A DNA stretch of 64,000 bases, from the NCBI GenBank assembly GCA_965240325.2, contig OZ251237.1, forward strand, positions 496,001 to 560,000, read 5' to 3'. The translations under genes and the position numbers were made by a program. Numbering within the stretch: position 1 is the stretch's first letter; each line of letters begins with the position of its first letter. Below, in pieces: positions 11,214 to 23,969 of the stretch. The notes beneath the pieces are model-generated. The model was not told the DNA's origin, did not search any database, and was given only the letters and a program-made list of their open reading frames with translations. Source of the DNA: Rebecca billardiae RCC1528 (lineage: Eukaryota > Protista > Haptophyta).

Positions 11214-11833
11214 GACTTCGACAAACCGCGAGGGGCCGTTCGACCGGCGCTCAGCCGGAACGGAGCGACTCAACCAGGCTCGGCGGTTGCTCAAAAACCT
11301 ATTCATGCCCTCCACCGCCCCTGGTGCAGGCCGGGCGTTGATTGGCCGTCGGTTGCTAGTGCAGTTTTAAGAAAATCTCGTGGAACGTGGCCGGAAAAGG
11401 CACCCGCACATCTTTGAGGTGCGTTGGCCGTGGCCGGGACTCAGGAGCAAGTGCTCCAAAAAAAAAGCTCATCATTTTTTGATCGCCTAATAAGGTGCAC
11501 TTACGCAGCCCGCGCCAATAATCGTCAGCTGGGAATAAGCGTGCGAATGTCCGAATCTCAGACCGCGTATGGCGTATGCGCCGAAGCCGCCGGAGATCGA
11601 TGCGCAAGCTCCGCCAGCAATAACGGCGGGGTTTGATCAAAATATGCGCGAGTGGATGACCCGCCCTTCCCGTTCCCGCGTGGGAGTCTTGGCGTCGGGA
11701 CTCGCCGGGTCCGGGACTCGCGCCCGGGGGAGGCTCGTCTAACTAGTAGCGTATATAATGATCGCGATGATGATTGATCCGATGACGAATTATTCGCGGA
11801 TGACGGACGACCGGGACTTATAATAATAATATG

Positions 11834-11834
<1 letters not shown>

Positions 11835-11920
<86 letters not shown>
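11835..11920. repeat. (TA)n microsatellite, ~43 units
   Basis: Seen directly. Confidence 0.98.
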
Positions 11921-11923
<3 letters not shown>

Positions 11924-12128
11924 GTCCGACCGGCGCGGTCGTCCGGAGTGAGTAAGCTAGTGGTACAGACGGCTGTGAACATGCCGCATGCACTGCTGTG
12001 CTGATAATGATTCATCGCAGTCGGGATGGATGGCCGATGGGCACCTGATCGAGCGTGCAGCCCGAGAGCCGAGAGCCGATCCGCCGCCATGGCCCCACGC
12101 CAGCGACCATTCAGTCAACTCCCGGCAT

Positions 12129-12933
12129 TCATGATGGGCTGCCGCTCGCAGGTTGCGCAGCTTCGTCCTGCTCTGCTGCAGAGGGCTGCGCGGGTTCCGC
12201 ACCGTCGCCGGCTAGTTCGAGCTCGGCGGCGGCATCGGCCGCCACAGCGCCACCACCATCGCCCTCGCCGGCGCCGCCAGCACTAGCGCCGCCCTCGGCG
12301 CCCCCAGGCGCGGGCGACGCCGCCGCCTCATCGGCCGCTGCCTGAGGCGACGCCTCGGCGTCGTCGCCATCGTCCGAGAAGACGCCGCTCGCCAAGCCTC
12401 CGGGCGAGGCGTCGGCGGCCGTATCGTCGAGCGTCGCAGGCGATGGCGAGGTGTCCATGCGCTCGCCCGGGCTGTCGGCGAAGGCGTCGAACGCTGCGCC
12501 GATCGGCGAGGGCTCAGCCGGCGTCGGCTCGGCAGCGTCTGCTGGCGGCGACGGCGTCACGACGGCGAACGCCGCTGGTGCGCCCGCCGTGCGCGGTGGC
12601 GAGTCGAACGCGCCCGTGCCGCTGTCGCCGAAGGCGTCGAAAACGGGCGGCGCCGGCTGCGCCGGCGGCACCTGCGTGCCATCTGCGGGCTGCAGGTCGT
12701 CGAAGTTCGCTTCGAACGCGGCGAACATGGAGCCCGCTGCACCCGTCGCATCGCCGCCGCCACCGCCGCCGCCGCCGCTTCCGGCTGCCGAGTCCGGGCT
12801 GGGGCTCGAGCCTGCGCTGTCGAAGTCGCCAAAGACGGCGTCAAAGGTGCCCGCTGGCTTCGCGTCCGAGCCGCCGTTCGTCTCCGCCGCGGCGTTCGCG
12901 CGCGAGTCGTCCGCCCCGCGCAGCGACGCGAAG

Positions 12934-12964
<31 letters not shown>

Positions 12965-15694
12965 GCCCGCCGCCGCCGCCGAAGAAGTCCCGCTGTCGGC
13001 TGCCGAAGCGGTCGCCGCCGCCGCCGCTCGGCGAGAGCTGCTCCTCCTCCTCCTCGAGCTCGTGCTCCCACGAGTCGGTGCGCTCGCGCGCGGCCTCGTC
13101 GTCCTGCGCGTGCGCGTGCGCGGGGCGTGGCGGCGGTGCGCGCCCCGCGCTGAGCGCGCGACAGCCGAGGCCGTGCGGCCGGCGTGTCGGGGCGCCCTCC
13201 TCGCACGAGCGCGAGCTCGCGCGACGAGCGATCGCGCGCGCCCGGCTCTCGCGCGCCCTCACCTGCTCTCTCGAAATGGCGCTCAGCCCTCCGTCCAGCT
13301 CGTGCAAAAAGCCCTTCTGCTCCATGTACTCGCCGAAGCGGCGCTCGACCTCTTCGCTCACCGCCTGCGGGGTCTGCCCCTCGCGGCCGCCCCCGCCCTC
13401 GCCGTCCTCGTCGTCAAAGCCCGAGCGCGCCGCACCCTGCCGCTCGTGGTGCCTCGCGAGCGCGGCGGCCATTGTGTCCAGGTCGAGCTCCTTGTTGCTG
13501 AACAGCTCGTCCTCGTCCGAGTCGTCCAGCTCAGAGCCGCGCGTCGGCGCCTGCGCGCGATGGGCGTGGCGCGGCCGCGCGCGCGCGCGGCGCGTGAGCC
13601 GCGCTGCGCGCCGCCGCTCGCGCGCGCGCGCGCGCGCGCAGGACCCCACCACCGGCCCGCCCACGAGCGCCCGCTCGCGCCGCGGCGCAGGCGGCGCGCC
13701 GCCCGCCACGACAGCGCGCGCGCGCGCGCGGCCGAGGCGGCGGCTCCCCCGCTCGCACCTGGCCGCCCAGCGTCTTGCGCTCGTTCACGTTTGCGCTGGC
13801 GAGCTCGCCCTGTACAAACGCATGCCACTCCTCCTCCCCGGCCAGCGCGGCCTTCACCTCCTCGTCGCGCTCGGCGCAGGCGCACAGCGCGTTCGCCATC
13901 GCGAGCACGTGCCCCATCCACGGCGCGCGCCGCTTCGGCGCGCCCGAGCCCGGCGACAGGCCGTCCAGATCGGAGTTGGTCGCGGCGAGGTCGGCTGCGC
14001 GCGGCTCGGCGAGCGCCGCGAGCCGCGCGCCGAGCTTTGTCTCGCGTACTGCCGCCATCCGCAGCTCGGCCGACGCCTCCTCGGCCAGCGAGCTCGTGAC
14101 GAGATACGTCACCTGCGCGTGCAGCAGGTTGTTGTTGGGATATCGCTCGAGCGCGTCCAGCGCGATGTCCAGAACTCGGCACTGCGCGAGCGCGGCCTGC
14201 GCCTCCGCGCCGCAGACGGGCAGCAGCCGCGCGAGCATTGTGTACAGCTGCAGCCGCGCCGAGCCGACCGGCATCAGCACGAGGCAGTCCGGGATGCCGG
14301 TGTCTCGCAGGAACGGCGCGAGGTGAGGGGCGAGCACCTGCGCGCGCCGGGCGGTGGTGGCGCGCGCGGTGGGCGCGGGAGCAGCCGCGGACGGGCGGGG
14401 CGGCGCGCGAGCTCAGTCAGCGCCGCACGCGCACGCACGCACGCACACGGCGCGCGCGCCGCAGCGCTCCACGCGCCGCCGGGCGGGCTGGGCTCCTCCT
14501 CCGCGCGCGCGCGCGCGCGCACGGAGGAGGCGCGCGCGCGCACGCGCACGCCGCGCGCGCGCTCGCCTGCTCGTGGTTCATCATCGACACGAAGCCCTCG
14601 ACCTGCGCGCACACCGCGCTGAGCAGCGGCTCGAGCTGCTCGTCTTTCCTCGCGGCGTGCGACTCGGCGGCGGCCGAGGCACGCTCGGTCGCGTGCATGC
14701 GGAGCAGCTCGGTCAGCATCGCCATCGCCGCCGTGCGCGCCGACTGCTCGCGCGCGTCGAGCGCGACCTCGACCACGGTCCGCACGAGCGGCGGGTGCGC
14801 CACCAGCTCCGCCCAGCCGTACGAGCTGACCAGGTGAGAGAAGAGCGCGGTGGAGAGGGAGTGCACCTCGGCGGAGGAGGAGTCGCGCACGGTGGCGAGG
14901 AGCAGGCAGCCCAGCTCCGCCGCGTCGAGCCAGTGCTCCGCCTTCTCGCCCTCCTCCTCGTCGCCGGAGCCGAGGTTGCCCGTGCGCACCGCGTCGCGCA
15001 GTCCGCCGAGGAGCATCGGCGGTGGCGGCGGCCCGGCGGTGAGCGTGTCGATCGGCGTGGTGAGCGTGACGAGGAGGTCGGCGATGGACTGCATGTGCAT
15101 GTGCTGCAGCAGCATCTTGAGGAACGCCATGCGCCCGCCGAACATCGCCTCCGTGTCCAGGATCTCGAGCAGCTGCTCCGGGCTGCGCTTGAACAGCGCG
15201 CTCACCACTTTGGAGTAGTACCCGCACAGGACGGGGTTGAGCGAGGTGCTCTGCGCGGTGAAGGACAGGAGGCGGCGGAGGAGCGGGCGGCACTCCTCCG
15301 AGACCATCGCGTCGTGCAGCTGCGGCACCTCGCAGCTCAGCAGCTCGCTCGACACATAGGGGAACCTGCGCGCGCGGCCGCGCGCCGCGCGCGCGCGCTC
15401 AGCCCGAGTGTCGCGCAGCGGCGGTGCGGGCGCGGCGCGGGGGCGCGCGGGCACGTACGTATAGCACCGGTCGTGCGAGTCCTCGCTCGACGGCTCCACC
15501 ACCACGTACTCAAACAGCCGCTCGAGCACCTCCGGCTTGCACAGGTACTGCAGCAGGCGCGAGTTGAGCGCTTTGCACTCCTGCAGGAGCTCGTCGTCGG
15601 CGAGCAGCTCGTGCAGCTCGAAGCTCTCCTTGTCGAGGATCGTGTCGATCGTCGACGTCATCGCGCCGCCCCCATGGAACGTCCAGAAGGCCAT
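12129..15694 (-). CDS. SIT4/PP6 phosphatase regulatory subunit (SAPS family), multi-exon
   Basis: MAFW...IDTILDKESFELHELLADDELLQECK, FPYVSSELL, GYYSKV, RYPNNNLLH, WMGHV; acidic low-complexity tail. Introns 15366-15458, 14338-14566 (GC-AG), 13551-13758, 13104-13262. Confidence 0.88.
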
Positions 15695-16169
15695 GGCCTT
15701 CTGCGCAGCTCCGCAGGCGTCGCCCTCCCTGCTTCCTGCGGCGGGTGCCGCGCAGCAGTGTCGAAGATCCAAGCCGCCCGGACCGGCGCCGCACCCGAGA
15801 GTCGCGTTCAACGACTCGCAGCGCGGCGGCACAGCGCGATGATTTTCCGCCGGCGAAATACACGCGCGCCGCCCCGAAAAGTCGTGCAAGCTGTGAAAAA
15901 CTGAAAATCGGCCCGCGACCGTAGCAGCGTCCTTTTCGTCCTAAAATTCCCGCGCGTTTTAACAGTCGCGACCGTGAGACGGAGCACTCTGAAGTGACAA
16001 TGATGTTGACGATCGAGCTCGAGCGCGCGGAGGCCGGTAGCAGTCTCGGCTGTGCTCGAACTCTCCCAACGTCTCCTGAAACGCATCGTGTGCTGAGTTC
16101 GGTTCGTAACATACCGTCGTTGTTAGACTTGTGCGTTTGACTGTTGCCATGGGCGGCAGGGCACCCGGC

Positions 16170-16765
16170 TCAGAACGCGGACGAGCGTTTGCTCCGCGTC
16201 GAGAGCGTATCGAGCGCCTCGTTGATTTTGGACGCGATGAAGGGCGAGCCGCCCTTGTCCGGGTGGTTGAGAAGCATCATCTTGCGGTGCGCCTCCTTGA
16301 GGTCGCCCTTCACCGCGCTCTCCCTGCGGTGCGGCGTGTGTGGGGCGAGGGTGATGCGTGAGAGGCGCGCGCCCTCGTGCGCGGGGCCGCGCGCGCTCTC
16401 GGCGCGCGCGCTCTCGGCGAGGGTGATGCGTGATAGGCGCGCGCCCTCGTGCGCGGGGCCGCGCGCGCTCTCGGCGCGCGCGCTCTCGGCGCGCGTGCTC
16501 TCGGCGCGCACTTGATGCCCAGGATGGCTGCCGCCTCGCGTCGGGTCATCTGCTTCTCAAAGCCGCCGGGGTTCGCACCGCTCAAGCGGTTGAGGGTGTC
16601 GGCGTACATCTTATTGAACGCCGCGCCCGCCGCCTGGAAGTGCGGCGCGGCGCCACTCATGTTGGGCATGTTGGGCGCCTTCACGTGCTGCCCGACATGC
16701 AGCAGGCCCTTCAGCGCCATCGCGCCGGCCGCAACACCGCATCCGACGAAGAAGGGTGTTGCCAT
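16170..16765 (-). CDS. PAM18: mitochondrial import motor J-protein PAM18/TIM14
   Basis: [42 protein letters not shown]; intron 16324-16511, which contains an internal ~70-bp tandem duplication. Confidence 0.92.
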
Positions 16766-17084
16766 CGTCTCGTCACAGGGCCCCGGAGGAGCGGCGAGCC
16801 ACGGAGAAGGGAGCTGGTGTGCTGTTCCGTGCGCGGGCGCGCGACACGCGCTCGCGGCTGCACCCTCGGGGAGCTTGGGCGCTTCCAGACGGCGGTGCAC
16901 CGCGTGTCAGGCGGCTGTGCTGATGCGGGTGCCAGTGAGCGACGAACCGGCGTCCGGACTTCCTGCGCCCGTCGCCCCGCTGGGATGGCTGCCGCGCGCG
17001 TCGCATGCGCTGCTTGATCACACCTTCCTCGCAAAGGGACCCCGTCGAGAAGGCGCACGCGCTCGAGTGGCGGGCGGCGGCGCG

Positions 17085-19651
17085 ATGGCGGACAACCTGG
17101 AGATCACGCCGCTCGGCGCGGGCTGCGAGGTCGGCCGCTCGTGCGTGATCGCGCGCTTCAAGGGCTCGACGATCATGTTTGACTGCGGCGTGCACCCGGC
17201 GTTCTCCGGCCTGGCCGCGCTGCCGTACTTTGACGAGTTCGACCTCTCCGAGGTGCAGCTCCTGCTCGTGACGCACTTCCACCTCGACCACTGCGGCGCC
17301 GTCCCGTACCTCACCGAGAAGACCAACTTCAACGGGCGCGTCTTCATGACGCACGCGACCAAGGCGATCTTTCGGATCATCCTGACCGACTACGTGCGCG
17401 TGAGCATGGGCGAGGACAGGCTGTACGACGAGAAGGACCTGATGCGCTGCATGGAGAGGATCGAGCTCGTCGACTACCACCAGGTCGTGCAGCACCTCGG
17501 CATCAAGTTCTGGGCGCTGAACGCCGGGCACGTGCTCGGCGCCGCGATGTTCATGATCGAGACCGCGGGCGTGCGCACGCTGTACACCGGCGACTTCTCG
17601 TGCGAGGAGGACCGGCACCTGAAGGGCGCCGAGGTGCCCGCGGAGCTGCCGCACGTGCTCGTCGTCGAGTCCACCTACGGCGTCCAGCGCCACGGCCCGG
17701 CCGACGTGCGCGAGGCGCGCTTCACTTCGTTTGTGCACAAGGTCGTGGCGCGCGGAGGCCGCTGCCTCATCCCCGTCTTCGCACTCGGCCGCGCGCAGGA
17801 GCTGCTGCTCATCCTCGGTGCGCGCGCGGGGGGGGCGGCGAGGAGAGGCCGTGCTCGCGTCGCTACGCTACGCGCGCCGCCCGCGCGCCGCCCCGCTCTG
17901 CTGCCGCCCGCTCGTTGCTGACCGCCGCGTCCGCAGCGCGCCTTCGCGCGCGCGCGCTGCGCCTCGCCCGCGCGCCTGCCCGCCTGCGCAGACGAGTATT
18001 GGAAAGCGCATCCGGAGCTGCACTCCGTCCCGGTGTACTACGCGTCGTCGCTCGCGACGAAGTGCATGAAGGTCTACCTCGCGTACATCAACATGATGAA
18101 CGACCACATCCGCAAGCAGCACGATATCTCCAACCCGTGGAGATTTACCCACGTGACCGAGCTCAAGCACATGGGCTCGTTCGACGACTCGCAGCCGGTG
18201 GTCGTGATGGCCTCGCCCGGCATGCTGCAGGTGCGCGAGCGATCCGGCGATGGCGGCTGGGGCCGCGCGCGCGCGCGCTCGCGCGCCCGGCAGCGGCGAG
18301 GGGGAGGGGGTGTGCCCCGCGTGCCTGCGCTGCAGAGGGGTCATGCCGGGGGTCGGGCGCCGCGCACCGCGGCGCCCGCCCGCCGTCCTTGGCATTGTTG
18401 CGCGCGTGTGTGTGCGGGTCCTCCGCGCCGCCGCGCGTCGCCCCGACGCTCGGCACGCCACAGCGTCTGTGAGCACCATAGTACATGGGCACCTCGCCGC
18501 GCGCGAGATCCAGTGGTGCCCATGCCTCCAGTAGGCCCCGACACCCGCACGCGCGCGCAGCGCGCCCGTCGCCGCGGCTCCGGTGGCGGCGCTGAGACGC
18601 ACGCCGCCCTCGCGCCCGCGCCGTGCCTCCGCCCGTCCGCGCGCAGAGCGGGCTCTCGCGCGAGCTCTTCGAGCGCTGGTGCGCAGACAAGCGCAACGGG
18701 CTGATGATGCCGGGGTACACCGTCGCCGGCACGCTGGGCAACCACGTCATGTCCGAGCCCACCGAGATCACCACGCAGGCGGGCGACGTCGTCCCGGTCA
18801 ACCTCTCGATCGAGTACATCTCCTTCTCCGCACACTCGGACTACACGCAGACGTCGGGGTTCATCGAGGCGACGCGGCCTCGGCACGTGGTGCTGGTGCA
18901 CGGCTCGGAGGAGGAGATGCGCCGGCTGCGCGGCGCGCTCACCCAGCAGTTTGGCCGGGACCAGGACGGCCGCGGCGCGCTCGAGGTACTCACGCCGCGT
19001 AACTGCCAGATGGTTCAGATCGCCTTCCACGCGCAGCGCGTCGCGCGCGCGGTCGGCGCGGTCGCCAAGCAGCGGCGCGCGGACGGCGCGCCGGTCGAGG
19101 GCCTGCTCGTCCGCCGCGACTTTGGGTACCAGCTGCTCGCCGACGGCGACCTCGCTGAGCACACGGAGCTGACCACCGTCTCGATCGTGCAGCGGCCCAC
19201 GCTGCCCTTCCACGGCAGCCACGCTGCGCTGCGCGCGGCGCTCGCGCAGATCTTCAGCGTCGCCGACGCGGCGGACAAGGCGGCGGCCGCCGACGGCGCG
19301 GACGGCACGCCGGCCGACGCGGCGCGCCCGGACGAGCTGCGCGTGTGCGTCGGCGAGGCCGTCACCCTCGTCGCGAGCGAGTCGCAGCAGAGCGTGCAGC
19401 TCGAGTGGTCGAGCGGCACGGCCAACGACATGATCGCGGACGCGGTCGCCTCGCTCGTGCTCCGGCTCGAGTCGGAGGCAGTGCTGGCGCAGCAGGGCGC
19501 GATGCCGTCGGCGCCGCTGGCGGCGAGCACGGCCGCGCTCGACGGTAACGGCGCCGCTACCGACGTCGCGATGGTCAAGGCTGAGCCGGGCGCTGAGGCG
19601 GCGGGCGCAGCAGGCGCGGCTGGGACGAAGCGGCAACGGTTCGAGTCGTGA
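17085..19651 (+). CDS. CPSF3: cleavage and polyadenylation specificity factor 73 kDa endonuclease (MBL/beta-CASP)
   Basis: [74 protein letters not shown]. Introns 17818-17991 and 18231-18646. Confidence 0.95.
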
Positions 19652-19713
19652 CGATGATGATAGCAGCTTAGCACTAGATCTATCATAGTTATTACGTATC
19701 CGTATTCTGTATT

Positions 19714-19860
19714 CACTCTCTAGCTCTCTCTCTCGTCACCGAGATGAGTCGTCTCTTTCGTCTCTCTCTCTCACTCTCATCACCGCATCAGACTCTGCTC
19801 ATCCGTCTCTCTCTCGCACGACTCTCTCGGCGCAACTCTCTCCGTCCATCTCTCCCTCCG
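19714..19860. repeat. CT-rich low-complexity tract between convergent genes
   Basis: Interrupted (CT)n runs. Confidence 0.6.
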
Positions 19861-19899
19861 CACGCGCCTCCAGGTGAAAAGGGCGCGCGCGTGGCGCCG

Positions 19900-21162
19900 T
19901 CAGACCATTGTCCGTCCCGTCTGCGTTGCGACGTGCGCCTCCTGAACCACCGCCGGCAGCACAGCAAGCCACAGCTGCGCATGCTCCACGTCCGGCGCCC
20001 GCACCTCCAGCACGACTGTACCGCCCGCCCGCTCCACGACGGAGAAGGTCAGGTGCGGCTGCGTGCTGTACGAGCCGCCCGGCATGACGGCGGCCACGTC
20101 GGTGAGCGCGAGCTTGTTACCGAAGCGCGGCGGCCCACCGCGCAACGACTTCACGCGCGCCCAGCAGAGGTACTGCTGATCCGGCGTGAGCCACACGTGC
20201 GCGGTGGACGAGCGTCCGCCTCGACGCACGTCGTGCGTGATCATGCGCGAGCCGGACACTAGGCTGTCGACTGGGTACGCCTTGTCGGCGGTGGCAGCGT
20301 ACGCGCCCCCGGCTGACAGGTCTTGGCCCTGCTGCGGCGGCGGTGGGGGAGGTCTGCGCGGCGAGGAGCCCCGCCCTTGCTGCTCTGGCTGCGGCGACGG
20401 CTGCTGCTGCTGCTGCGGCTGCTGCTGCGGCTGCTGCGGGTAGTACTGCTGCTGCTGCTGGTACTCAAAGTACCGCTGGGCATGCAGCCGCCGGTTCGTC
20501 GTGCAGAAGACCCACACGAAATAGCACGCTGCAACGATCATCAGAAGCTGTGGGGGAGGCGCACCGATGCACGCGCGTCATCAGCAGTTGTGAGCAGTTG
20601 TGCGCAGCAAGGGTGACGCGCCTTGGGCAAGTGGGCGCCTTCGCTGGGCGCACCTCTCCAAGCGCCCGGACGAAGAAGTGCATGCTCCACGCCAGTTGGC
20701 GCTGAGGGGGCGCACGCGGCGCGCGCACACACGGGGGACGTGGTGAGCGCGCGCAGGCGAGTGGGCGAGTGCGCGCGCAGCGACATGCGCGCAGGTCCTT
20801 GAGCGTGCGCGCACCATCAGAAAAGTGCCGCCGATGAGCAACAGCAGGATGGCCATGCAGTATTGTCGCCATGCAAGCTCACGCTGCGCCCGATCGGCGG
20901 CGCGAAGGGCAGGCATGTCAATGAGCTCACAAAACTTCCCATCCCTTCCCATCCCAATGACTGCACAGCTGCACAGTCAATCGCGGTCGCACGATCGCAC
21001 GAACGCGCGCACCGCACTCAAGGGCTCGTAGTCCTCGGGCGCCGCGAGCCATCGACCATATGGTGGGGGATCATGTCGCTCATGGAATCCGCGGTTGTAG
21101 GACACTGGGACCGGCGGGGGCGGCGCTGCATGCGCGTAGGCATGAGGCGGCGGCGGCTGCAT
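19900..21162 (-). CDS. multi-exon membrane protein with Pro/Gln-rich tracts and a C-terminal PH-like domain
   Basis: Inferred 4 exons: MQPPPP..., ...YCMAILLLLIGGTFLM, RQLAWSMHFFVRALGE, LLMIVAACYFVWVF. The tail VWLTPDQQYLCW...FSVV...VLEVRA...AQLWLAVL resembles a PH fold. Confidence 0.55.
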
Positions 21163-21326
21163 GATGGCGGACACCGCCGCCAACGGGATCCTTCAATCCG
21201 GATCCCGCTGACAAGTGACAAACGAGTGCTCCGATTACCGGACCGTTCGCGCCCGAGTCCGCGGCGGCGGCGAAGACTCGGCACCCCTCCCACCTGCCCC
21301 CCCCCCCCCCCCCCCGACCCGGCGCG

Positions 21327-22244
21327 ATGGTCAGCCGCCGGCGAAGAACGGCGGCGTCAACGACTACGGTGGCTTCGCTCGGCGAGGACTGCTTGCGCAC
21401 GATTGCGCGTCATCTCAACATCTACGACCTCGGGCCAAGCGTCATGCGAAGCGTGTGTCGCCAGTGGCGTGCGGCTGCGCTTGCCGAGGAGGCAGCATCA
21501 TCACCGCCGCCGTGGGGCACGGTCGCCGCGCTCGCGTCAAAGGAAGCCGCGACCGTGACCGAGGTGGCGACGGCACTCGCCATGTCACCAGCCAAGGTGA
21601 AAGCCCCGGAGCTCTACCTCGAGGTCCGTGGGCGCGCCAAGGGCGTGCTGGTGATGAAGAGGGCTGACATCAAGGCGCTCATCGATGACTCCGGGGGCTG
21701 GGCCGCGCTGTGCCGGCGCCGCACCGAATCGCTGCGGCGCAAGCGCAAGCGTGCTGCCGATGCAGGTGCTGGGACTGATATCCCCGCCCCTGTGCCGCCG
21801 CGCTCGCTCGACGAGCAGCTGGTCGGTGCGCTCGCGGCCGTCGGCCTCTTTCAAGTGCGCAGCGACTCGCGTCTCTGCGACGAGTTCCTCGCCGGGCGCT
21901 GCTCGCGGAGCGCTGCGGAGGTGGCACGAGTGATGGCCCGCTGCAAGTACTTCCACGAGCACGCGCATGACTTCCAGGATCGCGTGAAGAAGACCCAGGC
22001 GCGGATTGAGGACACTGTCGACTCGCTTGCCTGGGAGCGCGCTGCAGATCGGTATGTGCCCAGCGGACGCTACGACTACGGCTACGAGCGGGGCTACGAC
22101 TACGACGACTATGGCCCGCGATACTACAAAGGCATCTACCGCGACGCGACCATGCAGGTGACAGGCTTTTGCTCCATGAGTGAGTACAAGGATCACCTCA
22201 TGGCCACTATGCCTATCCCGCGCAAGTGGCCGTGGTGTCACTGA
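21327..22244 (+). CDS. hypothetical protein with N-terminal F-box-like motif
   Basis: SLGEDCLRTIARHL...MRSVCRQWR; RSDSRLCDEFL motif; Tyr-rich tail. Confidence 0.6.
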   Translation: MVSRRRRTAASTTTVASLGEDCLRTIARHLNIYDLGPSVMRSVCRQWRAAALAEEAASSPPPWGTVAALASKEAATVTEVATALAMSPAKVKAPELYLEVRGRAKGVLVMKRADIKALIDDSGGWAALCRRRTESLRRKRKRAADAGAGTDIPAPVPPRSLDEQLVGALAAVGLFQVRSDSRLCDEFLAGRCSRSAAEVARVMARCKYFHEHAHDFQDRVKKTQARIEDTVDSLAWERAADRYVPSGRYDYGYERGYDYDDYGPRYYKGIYRDATMQVTGFCSMSEYKDHLMATMPIPRKWPWCH

Positions 22245-22627
22245 CACCGTGGCCTCCGGAGCCCCCGCCGGCTGCGTGCGGCTGTCCGGCCCCGCCCCAG
22301 TCCCCGGGCGGCAGTCGACTCCGTGTCGAGGCCGCGGCCAGGCGGGCGAGGACCGAGCACCGGATCTTTGAGCCCTGGGCGGGCGCCACTCGTCAGCGCA
22401 AAACCAAATTATAATGATGAATCTGCTTATTCTCTGCTATGGGGGTATTCTGCTTGTCCGGAAATCGTCAGCGGCCGCCAGCGGCGGGCGGCCCGGCCGG
22501 GGCGGGCGGCATCACGATCGACCAGGCGTTGTTCGCAGCCGGGCGCAAGGAGCCTGCAGCGCTCTACGCTGCTCGTGCATCAGGCGCACCGACTACGTGA
22601 GCGAGCCGTTGGGAGGCTGTCTTTGCG

Positions 22628-23359
22628 ATGGATGCTGCGCGAGAGGCCGCCCGAGCGCGCAAGCTCGCGGCCGCAGCTGAGCGCGAGTGGGATGCAGGCA
22701 AAGGGCCACCCGTGATGGGAGGGCGCCAGCCTCCTCCCCCTTCTGCGCCTCTGGAGTCGGACGGCCGTTACGTACCCCCTGCAAGGCGTGCCGCGCCCCT
22801 CGAGCGAGCTCCGTTCCAGCACGATGAGGGCGACCGGCGCGCTCCTTCCCCCGAGCGCTCGCCTCCACCGCCAGAGCCGGAGCCGGAGACAGACCCGTTT
22901 GTAAAGCTTGGGCACGTCGTCGAGGCGACGGGCCTCCCTGCGGGCGTCCCCATTCATCAGCTCTCGGCGCTCATTAGCTCCGCGCTCCAGCTCAGCGTGG
23001 ACCAGCTCACCTTCATTCCAGTCGATGACCGGAGCATCCTGCTTGCGCTCAGCTCGACCGCCGAAGCCAACGAGGCGCTCCGGCGGGGCAAGCAATCTCA
23101 GGGCGGGATCGTGGTCCGCCCTCTTCGCGAAGCGAGCCCGGCCGCTCGGAGCTACGCGCAGCAGCACGAGCTCCCCGCCGCGCACCGACGGCAGACGACC
23201 ACCTCTGGGGCCAACCGCCTCATTGCTGGCTCGCTGGGGATCAGACGATCGGCGCAGATGGAGGAGAAGATGGCCGCCGAGCGCGCGCGCCAGGCCGAGG
23301 CGCGCAGGCAGCAAGCCGCGGAGCAGAGCGCGGCGGACGACCTTTGGTTCGACGACTGA
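22628..23359 (+). CDS. R3HCC1-like protein (RRM-like segment plus C-terminal coiled coil)
   Basis: HVVEATGLP...FIPVDDRSILLAL...RQTTTSGANRLIAGSLGIR resembles the R3HCC1-family C-terminus. Confidence 0.5.
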   Translation: MDAAREAARARKLAAAAEREWDAGKGPPVMGGRQPPPPSAPLESDGRYVPPARRAAPLERAPFQHDEGDRRAPSPERSPPPPEPEPETDPFVKLGHVVEATGLPAGVPIHQLSALISSALQLSVDQLTFIPVDDRSILLALSSTAEANEALRRGKQSQGGIVVRPLREASPAARSYAQQHELPAAHRRQTTTSGANRLIAGSLGIRRSAQMEEKMAAERARQAEARRQQAAEQSAADDLWFDD

Positions 23360-23969
23360 TGATGACGTCATCAATATTGACGAATACTCGCGCGTCCGTA
23401 TATATATATCATCATCAACATCAGCAGACCAGCCGCCCGCCGTCACCGGCTGCGCTGGCGGGCCCTCGGCGGGCCGTGTCAGCCTGTCAGGTAGGCCGGC
23501 TGCCCGAGTCATCTACGCGGCTCCGCGGCGCCGCCCGCGGCGCCGACAGGCACGGACGCTCACTCCCGGACGGCGCCGCCCGCCGCGCGGCCGGCCCGGG
23601 GCCGCGCGGGCGCGGGGGCTGGGGCGCCCATACATGAGGGGCCCGGAGGGCCCGGCCCCGGGCCGCCTGCGCCTGCGCGCCCCGGCCCCCGGCGCTGTGC
23701 CAGACGACTACTGATGTCGTCGAGTCGTGACCGTCGTGTCGCGACTGCTGCTGTCAGTGGTGACTCAGTGGGCGTGGCCCGTTAGCTTCAGTAGAGTCAC
23801 TCACTCTCACTAGTCACTGTCAGACCGTCGCACGCCGCGTCAGTCGTCAGTCAGCAGCGAATTAAATATTAATAGCGCCGACTACGCAACGCCGAATGAA
23901 GAGCCGTGCTGATTAGTGATTGGCATTTTACTAATGAAGCGCCAGGCCAGCAGCACCGATGAAGCCGTG

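Larger units (their letters stand above)
8383..11423. mobile_element. TIR-bounded element (probable non-autonomous DNA transposon) carrying a BAH-domain gene
   Basis: Perfect 25-bp inverted repeat CGCACCTCAAAGATGTGCGGGTGCC at 8383-8407 and its reverse complement at 11399-11423, with imperfect extension inward. No transposase recognised. Confidence 0.65.

Noticed and set aside
19649-19665. (TGA/GAT)n motifs after several stop codons (also ~7930, ~23359, ~63407) as a 3'-end signal or box C
   Set aside because: Short low-complexity motif; significance cannot be judged without poly(A)-site data
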